The notes beneath the pieces were generated by a model. The model saw only the letters and a program-made list of their open reading frames with translations, made no database searches and was not told the DNA's origin. Positions 45,240 to 58,127 of a stretch of 64,000 bases of DNA are shown here, one piece after another (the first letter of the stretch is position 1; each line of letters begins with the position of its first letter). Origin of the DNA: Selaginella moellendorffii (Eukaryota; Plantae; Lycopodiophyta); the NCBI RefSeq assembly GCF_000143415.4, contig NW_003314319.1:586365-650364 (forward strand), given 5' to 3'. Position numbers and translations under genes: made by a program.

Positions 45240-48105
45240 ATGGCTGGTGAGTGAGCGTTCTCCATTCACAAATGCGCTCTCCTGGGATGAGCTTGCATGG
45301 ATTTGGATTTCTCTTTAGCGAGTCCAGGGCCCTTTGATCCAGTCGAATTTTGTGTTGCAGCTCTTTCTTCTTCTTCTTCGCTGCTAGGAACCAAACTGAG
45401 TGATGCTGCCGTGCATGATTTGCGGTGCCCTCGCTTTGCGCAGCTCAAATTCGAGAGAATAAGTGTAACGGGGCGGAGTTCTCGTCGGATCAAGCGTTCC
45501 GCGCAAGTGATCATAAGTTGTGCTGGTAGCGAATTGGCTTTGATGCTTCTTTTCTTTTCTTCTTTTTCTTTTTGCTGCTTGGATTCTCGATTGGAAGGAG
45601 AGGAAGAAGCTGATAGATCTTTTTGGAATGTTTGCAGGGACATACAACGCATCCACTGTTGTGGAGAAGATTGACTTTAGGAAGCTTCAAAATGGAAGGT
45701 AGTCGCTTGCTTCGTTCTGGCACGTCACAAACACCACTTTTTTCTTTTCTTCTTGCAATTTCTTCGCAGTGACATCCGTGGAGTCGCTGTTGCTGGTGGA
45801 GAAGAGGCTGTTAATCTGACAGTGGACGTCGCCAAAGCGATTGGTGCTGCATTTGCGCAATGGCTGGCTGATAAGAAAAAAGAATCCACGTCCAGTGCTT
45901 TACGGGTCTCAATCGGCCACGATTCAAGAATATCTGCGAGCTCCCTCGAGGTCTGATGCCTATGTTAGTGATTCTTTCCTTTGACGACTTCTTCTTCTTG
46001 CTTTTTTTTTTTTATCAAAATACGCAGCAAGCAATTGCCCAAGGCATCGTTGATACTGGCTTGGACGTTGTTTTGTACGGGTATGTGTGATTTATTTCTT
46101 AAACTCGTTGATTATCTGGCGTGTTTCTTGCAGGCTCGCATCGACCCCGGCAATGTTTAACAGCACAGTGACGGAAAGGGGGGATCTCTTATGCCCAGCT
46201 GATGGTGCTATCATGATCACAGGTAAGTAAGAGAATTTCCGAGACGTGGAATACGATTTCACGTTTCTCTCCTATTGCAGCCAGCCACCTTCCTTACAAC
46301 AGGAATGGTTTCAAGTTTTTCACCAACACCGGTGGTCTTGGGAAGGCTGATATAAGCGACATCCTAAGCCGTGCTGCTCAGATACACAGCGGAAGCTCCT
46401 GGCAAGGAGACGTGACATCCAAGGACATGAAGAGAGTGAATTACATGGACCACTACGCGAGCGATCTTGTGAAAATTGTTCAAGCTGCCGGTGGAAAAGG
46501 TGGGCTTACAATTTGTGGTGTTGTGATTTTTTTTAAAAACATTTCCTTGCATGCAGAACGTCCGCTCGAAGGATTTCACATTCTTGTAGATGCAGGAAAC
46601 GGTGCTGGTGGTTTCTTTGCGGTACTGATATATTTTTCACCATGCAGCTCTTGTGTCCTGACTCAAACTTTTCCAGGAGAAAGTGTTGAAGCCTCTTGGA
46701 GCAGATACGACCGGAAGTCAGTTTTTGGAGCCGGATGGTACGAAACTCTGTTTGAGAAATGAAGTTTTTACCTTCTGGACTTTGGCAGGCATGTTTCCGA
46801 ATCATATTCCCAATCCTGAGGACAAGAAAGCAATGGAAGCCGTGACAAGTGCTGTTCTCAAGCACAAGGCGGACTTGGGGATCATATTTGACACGGATGT
46901 TGACAGGTTTCTTTATTTTCGTTTCCATCCTTGTTCTTTTGGAAGTAACTTTTGCGTATAGATCTGCTGCAGTGGACTCCAGCGGCAGAGAACTTAATCG
47001 TAATCGCTTAATTGCACTTATTTCTGCCATTGTTTTGGCCGAGGTGTGTGCAAATTGCCTTCTCACAGTTTTGGTAACAGCTTGAAAGTTTTCAAACGAC
47101 AGCATCCCGGGACAACAATTGTGACCGACAGCATCACTTCAGATGGCCTCACAGAATTCATCGAGAAGAAACTGGGTATGTTTTGATCAAATATGCAACG
47201 GTGTGATTGAATCTTTCCTGTTCCTTTTACAGGGGGAAAGCATCACCGGTTCAAGAGAGGATACAAAAATGTGATTGATGAAGGCATACGCTTGGTAATG
47301 ACACAGTCATGTCACACAAACTTTCAGCTCAACTAACGCAAAATGGTTGTAGAACTCGGTGGGTGAAGAGTCCCATCTAGCCATTGAGACGAGCGGGCAC
47401 GGAGCATTGAAAGAAAATCGCTGGCTGGATGATGGTGCTTATTTGATGGTAAATTTGTATTCTCTCTTGGAGAAGCATTGTATGATTTCTTTTCATGTAC
47501 CAGGTAAAGCTTCTTATCAAGCTTGCCGCTGGAAAAGCAGCAGGGGAGGGCGAGGGCAGTGAAGTGCTGACGAGACTGATCGAAAGTCTTGAGGAGGCAG
47601 GATTTGCAACGGAGTTCCGGCTAAAAATCAACGAGAGCCATCAAGACGTTGGCTCCAAGTGAGTCTTTTGATTTCCACTTTTTTGTGATTGTTCCTCTCT
47701 CTTTATGTGCAGAACATTTCGAGAGTATGGAGAGGAAGTTCTGCGTCGCCTGGAGGAGTCATTGTCTTCCGATAGTAATCTCACCAAGGCCCCAAAGAAC
47801 TACGAAGGGGTGGGTGTTTCTCTTCCTCGTTCTGTTTCTCTTCCAAATCTCATTCACTGCTGGATGATCCAGGTGAGAGTTTCGGGACATGGAGGATGGT
47901 TTTTACTGAGGCTGTCTTTGCACGACCCTGTGCTGCCACTGAACATCGAGGTGAGTGAAAGAAATTTTAAAACAGGCACTGAAAGTTTGGATGAGTCCAG
48001 GCTCCCACGAAAGATGCTGCGCAAAAGCTGGGATCGTTTGTCATGGAAGTGGTCTCTGGATTCAAGGCATTGGACGTGTCAAGCTTGCAAAAATTTCTTA
48101 CATAG
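45240..48105 (+). CDS. Plastid-targeted phosphoglucomutase/phosphomannomutase (phosphoglucosamine mutase family)
   Basis: KLQNGSDIRGVA, IMITASHLPYNRNGFKFF, FDTDVDR, AIETSGHGA; S/R-rich transit peptide; many short exons. Confidence 0.9.
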
Positions 48106-48219
48106 AAGAGATGTATAAGTATCAAACGAACTAGCATTTGCTATCAAACCTAGGGGTTTTGCAAAGGGTTTTGCGCTATAGAATCGTTCTCTCATCGGGG
48201 AATGTGAATGCGCAGCGAA

Positions 48220-49260
48220 ATGGCAGCGGCGGATGATCTCTGGCTGGTCAGCTGCTTGAATGCGACGCTGGATCCCAATCTGGGAGCTAGGAATCAAGCG
48301 GAAGGCGCTCTTACGGAGGCATCAAGAAAGACAGGTTTTTCTCCCCTCTCACATGGTCATTGGAGTAAATTTGGATTCTCCTGGCAGGATATGGCATTGC
48401 TCTCGCCAGAATCACACTGAACAACGATTTCTCGCTGGGAGTGCGTCAGATATCCTTGGAAAGTTTAGTTTCTTCTCTTTTCCTCGCAGCGCTTCCTTTA
48501 ACGGATTTCACCTAACGTGAAGAAGCATTACTTCACCTCTTTCCTCAAGACAAGGTAAGGTCTATTACCATTCTTCACAAAAAACCGCAAAAACCGCAAC
48601 AAAGCTCGTGTTTTTCGTGTTTTTCCTAGGATACTGCTTTTTCTATTATTGTGTCTACAGGCTACAAGACAAGGTCGAGATCCAAATTGCAGCCAGACCA
48701 GTTTACGAGAGTTTCCGCACTTCAAAAGGTTTGATCGATTATGAATGGCTTTAACGCTGACAAACCTTACTTCAGATTTTCTCCCTCCCGGCTCGTGGTC
48801 TAGTCGAAGGACAAGAGGCAGCCAGTGGATGAGGTAAATCTAAATGTTCGAATTCCAAAGTATTCAGCTTCTCTCAGGATATGTAGTGCTAGCCAATCGC
48901 TGCGGTCTGTTTTCGAGCCTGCTGATTCGTTTCGTAGACGTTTTGAATGGCGACGTGGTTAGAGCTAATCCCTGGAGAAAAAGCTGTGGCATTGATATTC
49001 GTTTCGTTTTCCAGGGTGGTGACGAACCAAGCGCTGAAGTCGATCCAATCAATTAGGTAAGCGTTACGATAATTACGTGATATGCAAGCGTGTATCTGGC
49101 GACACCGACATTGCAGGTCAATCTGGTGGACTTCTTGAAGAGATTCTCAGAAGAAGCTCCGCTTGCGTTCTTCAAGGTGAGACATGTGTAAATCAAGGTG
49201 TTGTTACCAATCTGCTCTTCTCCACAGGAGCTGTCTGATCGGGAAAACCGTGCGGTGTAA
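48220..49260 (+). pseudogene. Importin-9 pseudogene (5' and 3' ends joined by a ~3.5 kb deletion)
   Basis: 48220-48630 matches 58128-58555; 48631-49296 matches 62064-62856; frameshifting deletions. Confidence 0.9.
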
Positions 49261-49391
49261 TGAGAAGTTGCCGATAAATTTTGTAGGAAAGAGACTATGT
49301 GGAACGTGGAACCAAATCCACTAAAAAATCGAAGACCCTTTCAATAAATATACTCAAGTCGGAGAAAAGGGTAGGGCAAACAGGTTTGAAG

Positions 49392-50639
49392 ATGGAGGAA
49401 TTGGTGTTGTCGCCGCGCTACCTTCCAGCAGTAGCTGATCTTGCTAGATGTAGAGCAGTTTGTAAATCATGGGATAGGGTTATTCGAGAAGTGGGCAGCT
49501 GCGCCCTAGCGCAATTGAAGCAGAAGCTGCAAACAGAAGGTGAAGAAGTTTGGGTCTTGTCCAGTATATCGGTACTTCAGAATAAGGAGCCTCCACCTAT
49601 ACCTCTGCCTTTGGACTTTGTCGAAAAGTTTGATGATGAATATGAGTTATGGTCGCCAGACGCTCGAATCAGGTTGCAGTTTGTTCCTTTCCCGTACTTT
49701 CGATTCAACTGTCATGCTTCCCATCAAGGTCTGGTATTTTGCAGTTCTGACAACGATAACAGCTTGTGGTTTGGAAATCCGATGACAAGAGTGTGGAAAC
49801 AGCTGCCTCTGCAAAAAAGACTAGAAAATTGTAATACTTGGATTTGCACGACATTGTTTGTAGATCCAAATTGCTGGAGTTACAAGATTTGCATCCTAAT
49901 GGTGAAAGACTTCAATAGGCGCAAATATGATCTGGAAAAGAGTCCAAAGCATGTCGCAGTGTTCGATTCTAAAACATGGAGATGGCAGATATGGGAAAAT
50001 GACAATGAGTGGCATGTTAAGCTGCATCAAGTTGAATTCAAGCATAAAGAACAAGTATTTGCAGATATTCACCATTCAGGTGGAGTTCAATTCTACAACT
50101 TGAGCAAGATTGGTAACGATGCCAGGTGGTGGAGCTTTATAGTGGATGTAAAGCTCCCAATGTATGTTAGCAAGTACAGTAGTCGTGCAGTTTTCTACTA
50201 CAAAGGATGCTGGTTTCTAGCTGCATATCTTAATAATTATGCATATGTGATCTTCAAGCTCCAACAAAAATCTAGAAGGAACAAGCTTTATTGGAGGCGG
50301 TTAAGCGTGATTACTTTCATGAGCTTGTATGGTGAAGAGTGGATGAAATTTGTTCGACGTCAGTCAGAGGAACCAGAATTCAAGTTTTGGCTGCACGGAA
50401 ATAAACTGGTGATATGTAATCTTGACCACGTGATACCACCTGCTCTTTTGGATATCGAGGCCTTGACTTGGAAATGGCACATCCCTAAGTCGAATGCCAA
50501 ACAGCTTCTTGATGAGCTTCATTGGGATGCAACTTGCGCATTCGTCCCCAATTGGGATGCCAATCCAGAAGGTTGTGGAAAAGGCGGCTCTTCGGCTGTA
50601 CTATTTCGATCTAGATCTAGCCGAAAAGTGCGTCCTTGA
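49392..50639 (+). CDS. Intronless F-box protein with divergent propeller-like C-terminus
   Basis: YLPAVADLARCRAVCKSWDRVI (F-box); ASHQGLVFC..LWFGNPMTRVWKQLP; VAVFDSKTWRW. Confidence 0.8.
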   Translation: MEELVLSPRYLPAVADLARCRAVCKSWDRVIREVGSCALAQLKQKLQTEGEEVWVLSSISVLQNKEPPPIPLPLDFVEKFDDEYELWSPDARIRLQFVPFPYFRFNCHASHQGLVFCSSDNDNSLWFGNPMTRVWKQLPLQKRLENCNTWICTTLFVDPNCWSYKICILMVKDFNRRKYDLEKSPKHVAVFDSKTWRWQIWENDNEWHVKLHQVEFKHKEQVFADIHHSGGVQFYNLSKIGNDARWWSFIVDVKLPMYVSKYSSRAVFYYKGCWFLAAYLNNYAYVIFKLQQKSRRNKLYWRRLSVITFMSLYGEEWMKFVRRQSEEPEFKFWLHGNKLVICNLDHVIPPALLDIEALTWKWHIPKSNAKQLLDELHWDATCAFVPNWDANPEGCGKGGSSAVLFRSRSSRKVRP

Positions 50640-50659
50640 GGCCCATACGTTTGCAAGGC

Positions 50660-51012
50660 AGCGATCGAGATGCGCGGGAAATCGATGCTTGCTGCGATGA
50701 GATTTAGCATGACCTTGGACCACCGTGGTCGAATCTTACCGCCGCATAATGGTTGTAGGAATCGCTGTTAATGAGCCGGGGAGGTTCAGATGCAGCAGAA
50801 CAAGATGCATTCAGCAACGGGCTTGTAGACCATGCTAAAGGATTAGGGGGTCGCTTATGCCTGTGGGCAGCATCGAAGCGTGGCTTGGAAACACATGGCA
50901 ATGTACGGCCAGAACGGGGGATGCTGCGGCGGAATGCGGTCTCCTGGAATGTTTTGTCACAAGCTTACGGGCAGCAGAGGCAGATCAAGCAAGCTTTGAG
51001 GGGTGCCCAATG
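50660..51012 (+). pseudogene. Degenerate PPR gene fragment
   Basis: MLRRNAVSWNVLSQAYGQQRQIKQAL; AMYGQNG in another frame. Confidence 0.55.
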
Positions 51013-51099
51013 AGATACATAGCCACTGCTGCTTTTGAGATTGAAGCAACAAGTGGCTCCTCTCATACCAGATTCGTTTTACAATTTGCACTCCTTTGA

Positions 51100-54000
51100 A
51101 ATAGACCTTGATTGATTCTATATTTGTGCTTACTTCCTTGAAATGTATAAAATAGATTTGTTCTATAAGTTTATTTATGGAAGTTTATTTTCAAATCAAG
51201 TTAGTAGTGAGTAAAAGTGCCTTTTCATTTTCAAAATGTCTATTTAATTACTTAAAGCAGGCATTGGGTTGGACAACCATGTGTGTAATCCAAGGTAGTT
51301 ATTTTTCTCACTATTTTATGATGGTTTTAAGCATTGCCTTTTTCATAAGTTATGTTCTAATTCAACAATTGTGACAATAGAGTTTAAAGTACAACTAAAT
51401 GATTTATGAAGTCCCTCTTTAATATTGTGCTAAAGCAAATTGATAAACCTGCCAACTTTTACACACAGATGGGGTTAGGGTTAATTAGAATAATGTTTGG
51501 ACATTTTTTAGAAATGGTCAGTCTCTAGAAGGTTGTGAAAAGATTTGCAAGTTCTACTAAACTTAAAGCTTAGACTAACATTGCCACTTTATCAAGCTAG
51601 ATTTCTAGCTAACGTTTAAGGACTTATGCAAACAATGGTAAGTTGCACTTTTTGAAAAAGAGCACAAAGCAAAAACAAATGAGATTTAAATGTAATGGTA
51701 TAAAGATGGTTATACATATGTAAGTTGTTTACCACAACTTAAGTCGTGGTTAGGGTGGTTTAAACTTAAAATGTTTCAATGAGAATATCACTCTCTTTAT
51801 GTTGGTTTCTCTTCTTTCTTCTCTTTTTATTGTTTATTAATATTACCTTTTTCATTAAGATCAACCACTTGAGGACTTTTTGTACACCTCAACTATGAAT
51901 CTCTTCGAGAGAAAATACTAGAGCTAGCATTTCTCTGAGGCAAAGATAGGGAATTAAATTTGTATGATACATGTTTATAAAATCTGATATATGCTATAAA
52001 GCAATATTCAAAAGCTTTAACATTTAAAGAAGTAAGATACGTGGGAATAAAGCTTTCTTTTAAAATATTACACGATCGAATGAAAAAGAAAGTGATTCCA
52101 CATGCATGAATAATGGCAATTGCAATGGAGGAAGTGGTCCAAAATATTTTTATTTATATAAAATGCAAAAAGATGTTAAAAATATTATAAAGTTAGGTTC
52201 ATTGAGCTTAGCTCTTTAGCTCATGAACTCAAGAGTGGTCACACTCCAATCTAATTAGATTTGAATAACCATTTTGTCCATACTTATCCATATTCCTATA
52301 CATTATGCCTAGAGTGCTATGTTTCCATTAAATAAATATATAACTCAATAATATAAGTTTAATATTTAGGTTTTATAAAGGCAAGTTGGAAGAATAGTTG
52401 TTAATTGTTTTATGATTAGTGATTGCTTGTAGACTTTGTTGAGGACTATTGACACTTTATTTAACTTGATGATGATTTAGCAGTGATGGATTACTTACCA
52501 AATGGTACTACAGAAGATTGTGTTCTTGGGCTTTCATGATTTTTCCATGTTAATATATTAGTTCCACCTTTGTCAATATTGTTTAGTTGCATTTTATTTG
52601 TGGTATTAGATTGCATTAAGTTTTTGATGTGGTAACTCACTCTTGGATGATGTGCTATTTATATTTAAGTATTATTGAATACTAAATAAAGTATTTTTGA
52701 CTTTAGTTAGCTTCACTGGTAAAAGAGCTTTGAGTGGTGATTCACTTGATATGGAATTGAGGTTATAGTGAGATGAGACATTTTCTCCACGGCATAGTTG
52801 AAATTTTAGATTTTTCATTTGTGGTGATTTAGATGGTTGGTATTGGTTAAGGTCCTTTGGAGATAAACATTTTGTTTTGCTAATCTCCACAATAATAGTT
52901 TTGATATTTTAGCTATACTTTTATATTGTTAACATTCGTGCATTTGTTAGTTAACAACTATGTTGGCATTCAAATAGATTAAATGACAAGTTGAGTTAGC
53001 TGTGTTCTAAATAATATAGTTTTGTAGGGGTTTAGATTTAGCTTTTCCTTGAAAAATGATTTTATCATAGACTATACTAACTTTGCAAAAGAAAGAGTTA
53101 GTAATTAATTAACTTGAATGATATTGATCATTAATGATTTTTAATACACTTATTATGAAGTGAATTACATCTTTGCTATGAATAGATAGATTCATAGAGG
53201 ATTAGTCTTGAGATCACTTGTTGAGCATAGCTTTGTTGTACTTGACTTTAGTGACACTTAGCTATTAATTTTTTTGAGTTTTTGATTATTTGAGGTTTTA
53301 TATTTATTATTTCATTTGTTAAGAGTTGTTAGGGAAGGCATTTTAACTCATTAACTCTAATGATAAAGTTGTTATCTACATGTAGCAATCATTGATAATG
53401 ATTGACTGTCATTTAAGGATAATTGATTATTCTCGTTTTGGTTATTATTGAGGGTAGATGATTCATTATTCTTTGAAATGGTGGATTATTCTTTAATGAT
53501 AATTATGCATCTTTTTTGATGGAATGATTGACAGTCTTTTATGATAGCTAGTCATTATCTTTGATAACTTTTAGTTTTCTGTATTACTATATATTTTTTG
53601 TGGTTTACTTTGGATTAATCTTTTTTTAGTTTAAGATATCAGTAAGATTTTATTAGCACTTACTTGAGCAACTTTGGTTTTTTAGTATTGTTGATTAAGA
53701 TTTTTTTAGATTGGTTGAAATGATAGTTGGTATGAACAAATGTTTGTTGGCTTTTGTAATATTCATTTTGTTTTGGTAATTATTTCTAAGGTTACATTTA
53801 GATATTATATCCTTTATGTGATACATTCTTGAATATTCTATATGTCTAGTGAATAATACTTTGGGTTCTAAATTTATTTAGTTGATTTAGAGTTGTGTTT
53901 TGTAAGTTGCTTAGCATGCTAGCTACACTCTTTGGTAATTAAGTTTTATTATTATATTTTCTTAATGATAAATTTGCTATTGAATTTAGTTGAATGGTTA

Positions 54001-56850
54001 ATTCTATTACTTTAAACTGTAATGATTTTAGTGGTTTCTATACTATCTAGTTTATTAGCTGATAACTTAATTAGAATACTTTTATGTTCTAATATAAGAT
54101 TTATTCATTGATTTGATGTCTCTAAGATATATCTTTGACTATAACTTTGATATTATTTATCTATTAATCTTTGGGTTTGGGTGAATATAGATAAATTTGT
54201 TTTGGGAGTTCGTGTGCATAATGAAATCTTTAATCATGAGGTAGCTATTATAAACTAGTCACACAACCCACTTCTCTTTTAATGTTTCTATTTCTATTAA
54301 AAGGGTATGGCCATGTAAAAAAATTTAACTACCTATTTACAGTAGTTTATTTAAACTTATTGACAAATTTAGTTTGTTTGCTCAAAAGGGTTGGGGTCTT
54401 TGGCTTATTTCTAATATCATTTTTGTAAGTTGGGTGATATTAGGGGTGGTTAACTCCATTGGTGATGACCAAAATGTGTTTGAGTTGTAACATAGATGAA
54501 GGGTTGCCCCTAATGCATTTCTTATAAAGTATGAACACCATAAACTTTTTTTGGAATTATTTCTTTGGTAGCAATTTAGATTAGAATATGTGTCAACAAG
54601 AATACTAATCTTCCCTAAAGGGGGAAGAGTGTCATAAATGTGATTGTAGGTATTAAAAATTACTTTTCGGCAATTCATTTTATTACCCCAATAGCAAAAG
54701 ATTGATATCACTTAACCCTTTATTAGTCCCTTTTATTTAAGTGTTAGTAAACTTTAGTTAGCATCTGTACTTAGCTAGAAAGAATTCCTAAGTGTCTATT
54801 TAGCCAAGTATTTTGGCTTAGTTTGTTAATTCTGTTTTGTTTTATCTTCCACTAGCTTGTCAAGAACCTTTAGTTATTAAAATTAATCCCTCAATATTGC
54901 TATCTGATAATTTATTATATCCACCAAATATCTTCACTATCATGCTATATGTATTAGTTCTATGCAATCCTATTTGTTATTTATAAAAATGTCTAGATTA
55001 TGTAAAGATTATTTTGAACACACATGTCTAATATAGACCAACTTGAGGCATAATTTAGCTCTTCGCTTGCATGCTTATTTTTGTTTTGTGTCTAGTTTGA
55101 GTCTAAACCCAAGTTTCATTTCATGTTACCTAGGGGAATAATTATATCCTTACGTTCAACCACTGGTATATTAAAATTGCATTAAACTTTATTTAGCTCT
55201 ATTTTGCAATTTAATCTTAGCATTGATGCTTTAGGACTATTCCAATGTTGCTCTGTGCTCTTATTCTATAGTAAATCACCATAAGGTAAAAGGTGAAAAC
55301 CACATGCATCACATTTGTATAAGACATTTGGTAAAGAACTTGTAAAAGGAGTATAAGAGTTTGAATCTTGTTCATCTTCTATAGAAGGCTGTTTAAGCCA
55401 TTTCTTTAGTTTCTTTTAAAGAGGCAATGAGTGAAATGCATAGGAAAAAGGAAAATGCAACCTTATAGATGCAATCTATTATAGATAAAAGGCATTAAGC
55501 AGTTAAGGAAATGTTTTGGACACTTGATATTTAATATAGTGAAGTCTCTCAATACTTGATTACTTAAGGTGAGTTGCATGCTAAGTTGAAATTGATGATT
55601 TGGTTCTTTGAGTGTTGAATTAAAGGGCATAGAAATTAGGATGATATTAGTGATATGTTTATATAAGTTTAGTGGATACTAATTTAGATTCATGAAGCAT
55701 TTAGCCATGCTCACTACTAGCCCCACATTTAAGTTGTGAGACTTGCCAAAAGACTTGTTTTTATTCAAATTGGAAAAAGATTGGTATTTCATATGCTCAT
55801 GTAGTTATTATGTTCCAAAAGAATATATATATAGTTTACATGTATCCTTATTACTCACTTGAGATTTATTATGGGGTATAAATAAGTGTTATTTATCCTT
55901 TTGATCTAAAGAGCTTGTGCAAGAATAATACATAACTACTGAAAACATGTCATCCTCCTAATAATCCAAAGAAAAAATATGTATGAATGAAAGACATTAG
56001 TTAAAATAATAGGGTTTTTAGTAGTGGGTGCTACCATCAAATTGGACATAATTATGGATTTTCTAGCAGCAAATTTGATTAGTTTATTTTGGTTTTATTT
56101 TTCTTTTATTTTTTCTCTTGAATATATGTTATGAGTAGAATATTATTGTGAATGTGCATACAGGTATTTGTCAATTATTCATTTCAAATATTATTCTCTT
56201 AATGCCACCATAGTATGAGGTTAGTATTGCTGGTTTTTTATGTTAGTTTTTTTTGTTAGTATTTTTGTTCAAGTGTTAGTAAATTAGACTTAATATCTAC
56301 ACTTGGTTGGATGAGAACTTCTAAATGTCTATTTAACCAAATATACTTAGCCCAACTTATTAGTTCTTTTTATTATGTCTTGCATTAGCTTGACAAGTGT
56401 ATTCTAGGCATTATTATTAATTGGTCATATAATCCAGTTTTCTCTTATTATTTTTAGAAGAGTAACCTTTCAATACTTATTTATCATTTTTTATCTAGAC
56501 TTTACTAGTGGGTTTGGTTATAAAGGATGGGCCTTTGGCTCCTCTCCTTATATCACTTATGAGTGACAACTAAAGTAGCATTGGTGACTGACTTTGTTAA
56601 TCATTTCTTTGTTGGTAATGACTAAATGGTATCTGAGGGTGGTACCTTTAATCTTTATTCCATGCTTTCTCCACATCTATCATGATTCTCTTATCTAGGT
56701 GTAAATATTCTAAATTATTGTAGTTGAAGGGCGTTAAAGGTTGAGTAAGGATATTTTTATTCATAGAGGCAAAATTGTAATTTTAGAACTTTTAGGAGCA
56801 AATTTATAATTTTGCAAAGGTTGAAGTTATATTCAATTATATTGATCTCC
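51100..56850. mobile_element. AT-rich degenerate retroelement island
   Basis: gag-like relic 51800-52140 shared with the other island; diverged ~130-bp repeat at 54740-54870 and 56272-56400; no intact ORF. Confidence 0.45.
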
Positions 56851-56879
56851 TGGCATAGAGTTCTGATACACAGAGGCTA

Positions 56880-57270
56880 GAGATATTAGTGCAGATTCTT
56901 GAAAGCCGTTGATGCAAATTTAATAGAGAACTTGGGCAATCTAAGATCAATAACAACAAAGTTGTTTCTTAGCAGAGTAAAAAAACAGAAAATGGTCTCA
57001 CTTTTCACCTATGAGGCTGAGTACAATGCCATAACTAAGGCAACCAAGGAATTGTTATGAATGTAAAGATTTTTCTGGCAATCTACAATGACAACACAAG
57101 ATGCCTACAAATGATCTTGAACCTTGTTCATCATGGCCACAACAAACACTTTGAAATGTTCCACTATTTGTACATTGAGAGGGCAGAAATCCAATTGGTT
57201 CACATATCCACAATATAGTAAAAAGACTTACTGATGAAGACCTCAAGAGTTTATGAACTTGCAATGCTAA
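56880..57270 (+). mobile_element. Ty1/copia RNase H remnant
   Basis: VS*QSKKQKMVSLFTYEAEYNAITKATKELL* matches copia SWxSKKQxxVALSTxEAEYxA. Confidence 0.8.
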
Positions 57271-57502
57271 AGTAGGAATATATTATTCAGTGAAAATCTG
57301 CTTACTTGCTTGACATGCTTTTGTTGTTTCTATTGAGACAAAACTTATTTTCAAGCTGCTCCTTAAGCCAACTTCAGCTCGCACAAAACCTAGTCTATTT
57401 AAAGTATTGTACGTGGTGATGGGAAGGAACCTGTCTTGCCAAAGTAGGAGGTTGCCGGTTGTTTGAGTTCTCAATTCAAGAAAGCATTCTTTATGTCCAA
57501 AG

Positions 57503-58040
57503 GGGCAGGATTTGCAACGGAGATCCGGCTAAAAATCTACGAGAGCCATCATCCAAGTGAGTCTTTTGATTTCCACTTTTCTGTGATAGTTCCTCTCTCT
57601 TTCTGTGCAGAACATTTCGAGAGTATGGAGAGGAAGTTCTGTGTCACCTGGAGGAGTCATTGTCTTCGGATAGTAATCTCACCAAAGCCCCCAAGAACTA
57701 CGAAGGGGTGAGTTTTTCACTTTCTCGTTCTTTTCTCTTAGTCTCATTCACTGTTGGATGATCCAGGTGAGAGTTTTGAGCATTATGTTTGGTAGCAAGT
57801 TACACCTTGCATTTTATTGGATTTTATGAGAGTAGTGAGCTCTCACTGATCCTGTTCTTACTGAGGTGGAGGATGGTTCTTACTGAGGCACGACTGAACA
57901 TCGAGGTGAGTGAAATAAATCTTAAAAACATGGATGAATCCAGGCTCCCACGAAAGACGCTGCGCAAAAGCTGGGCTCGTTTGTCATGGAAATGGTCTCT
58001 CGATTCAAGGCATTGGATTGCAAAAGTTTCTTACATAGAA
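57503..58040 (+). pseudogene. Duplicated 3' fragment of the phosphohexomutase gene
   Basis: Matches 47596-48105 with indels and a short insertion. Confidence 0.88.
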
Positions 58041-58127
58041 GAGATATACTAATTTGCTAGGGTTTTTGCAAAGGGTTTTGGCCGGGCTCGATCATTCTCT
58101 CATTGGGGAATGTGAATGCGCAGCGAA

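Noticed and set aside
51471-51483. GGGTTAGGGTTA as a telomeric or telomere-element signal
   Set aside because: Only two units; AAACCCTAA copies elsewhere are better explained as promoter telo-boxes
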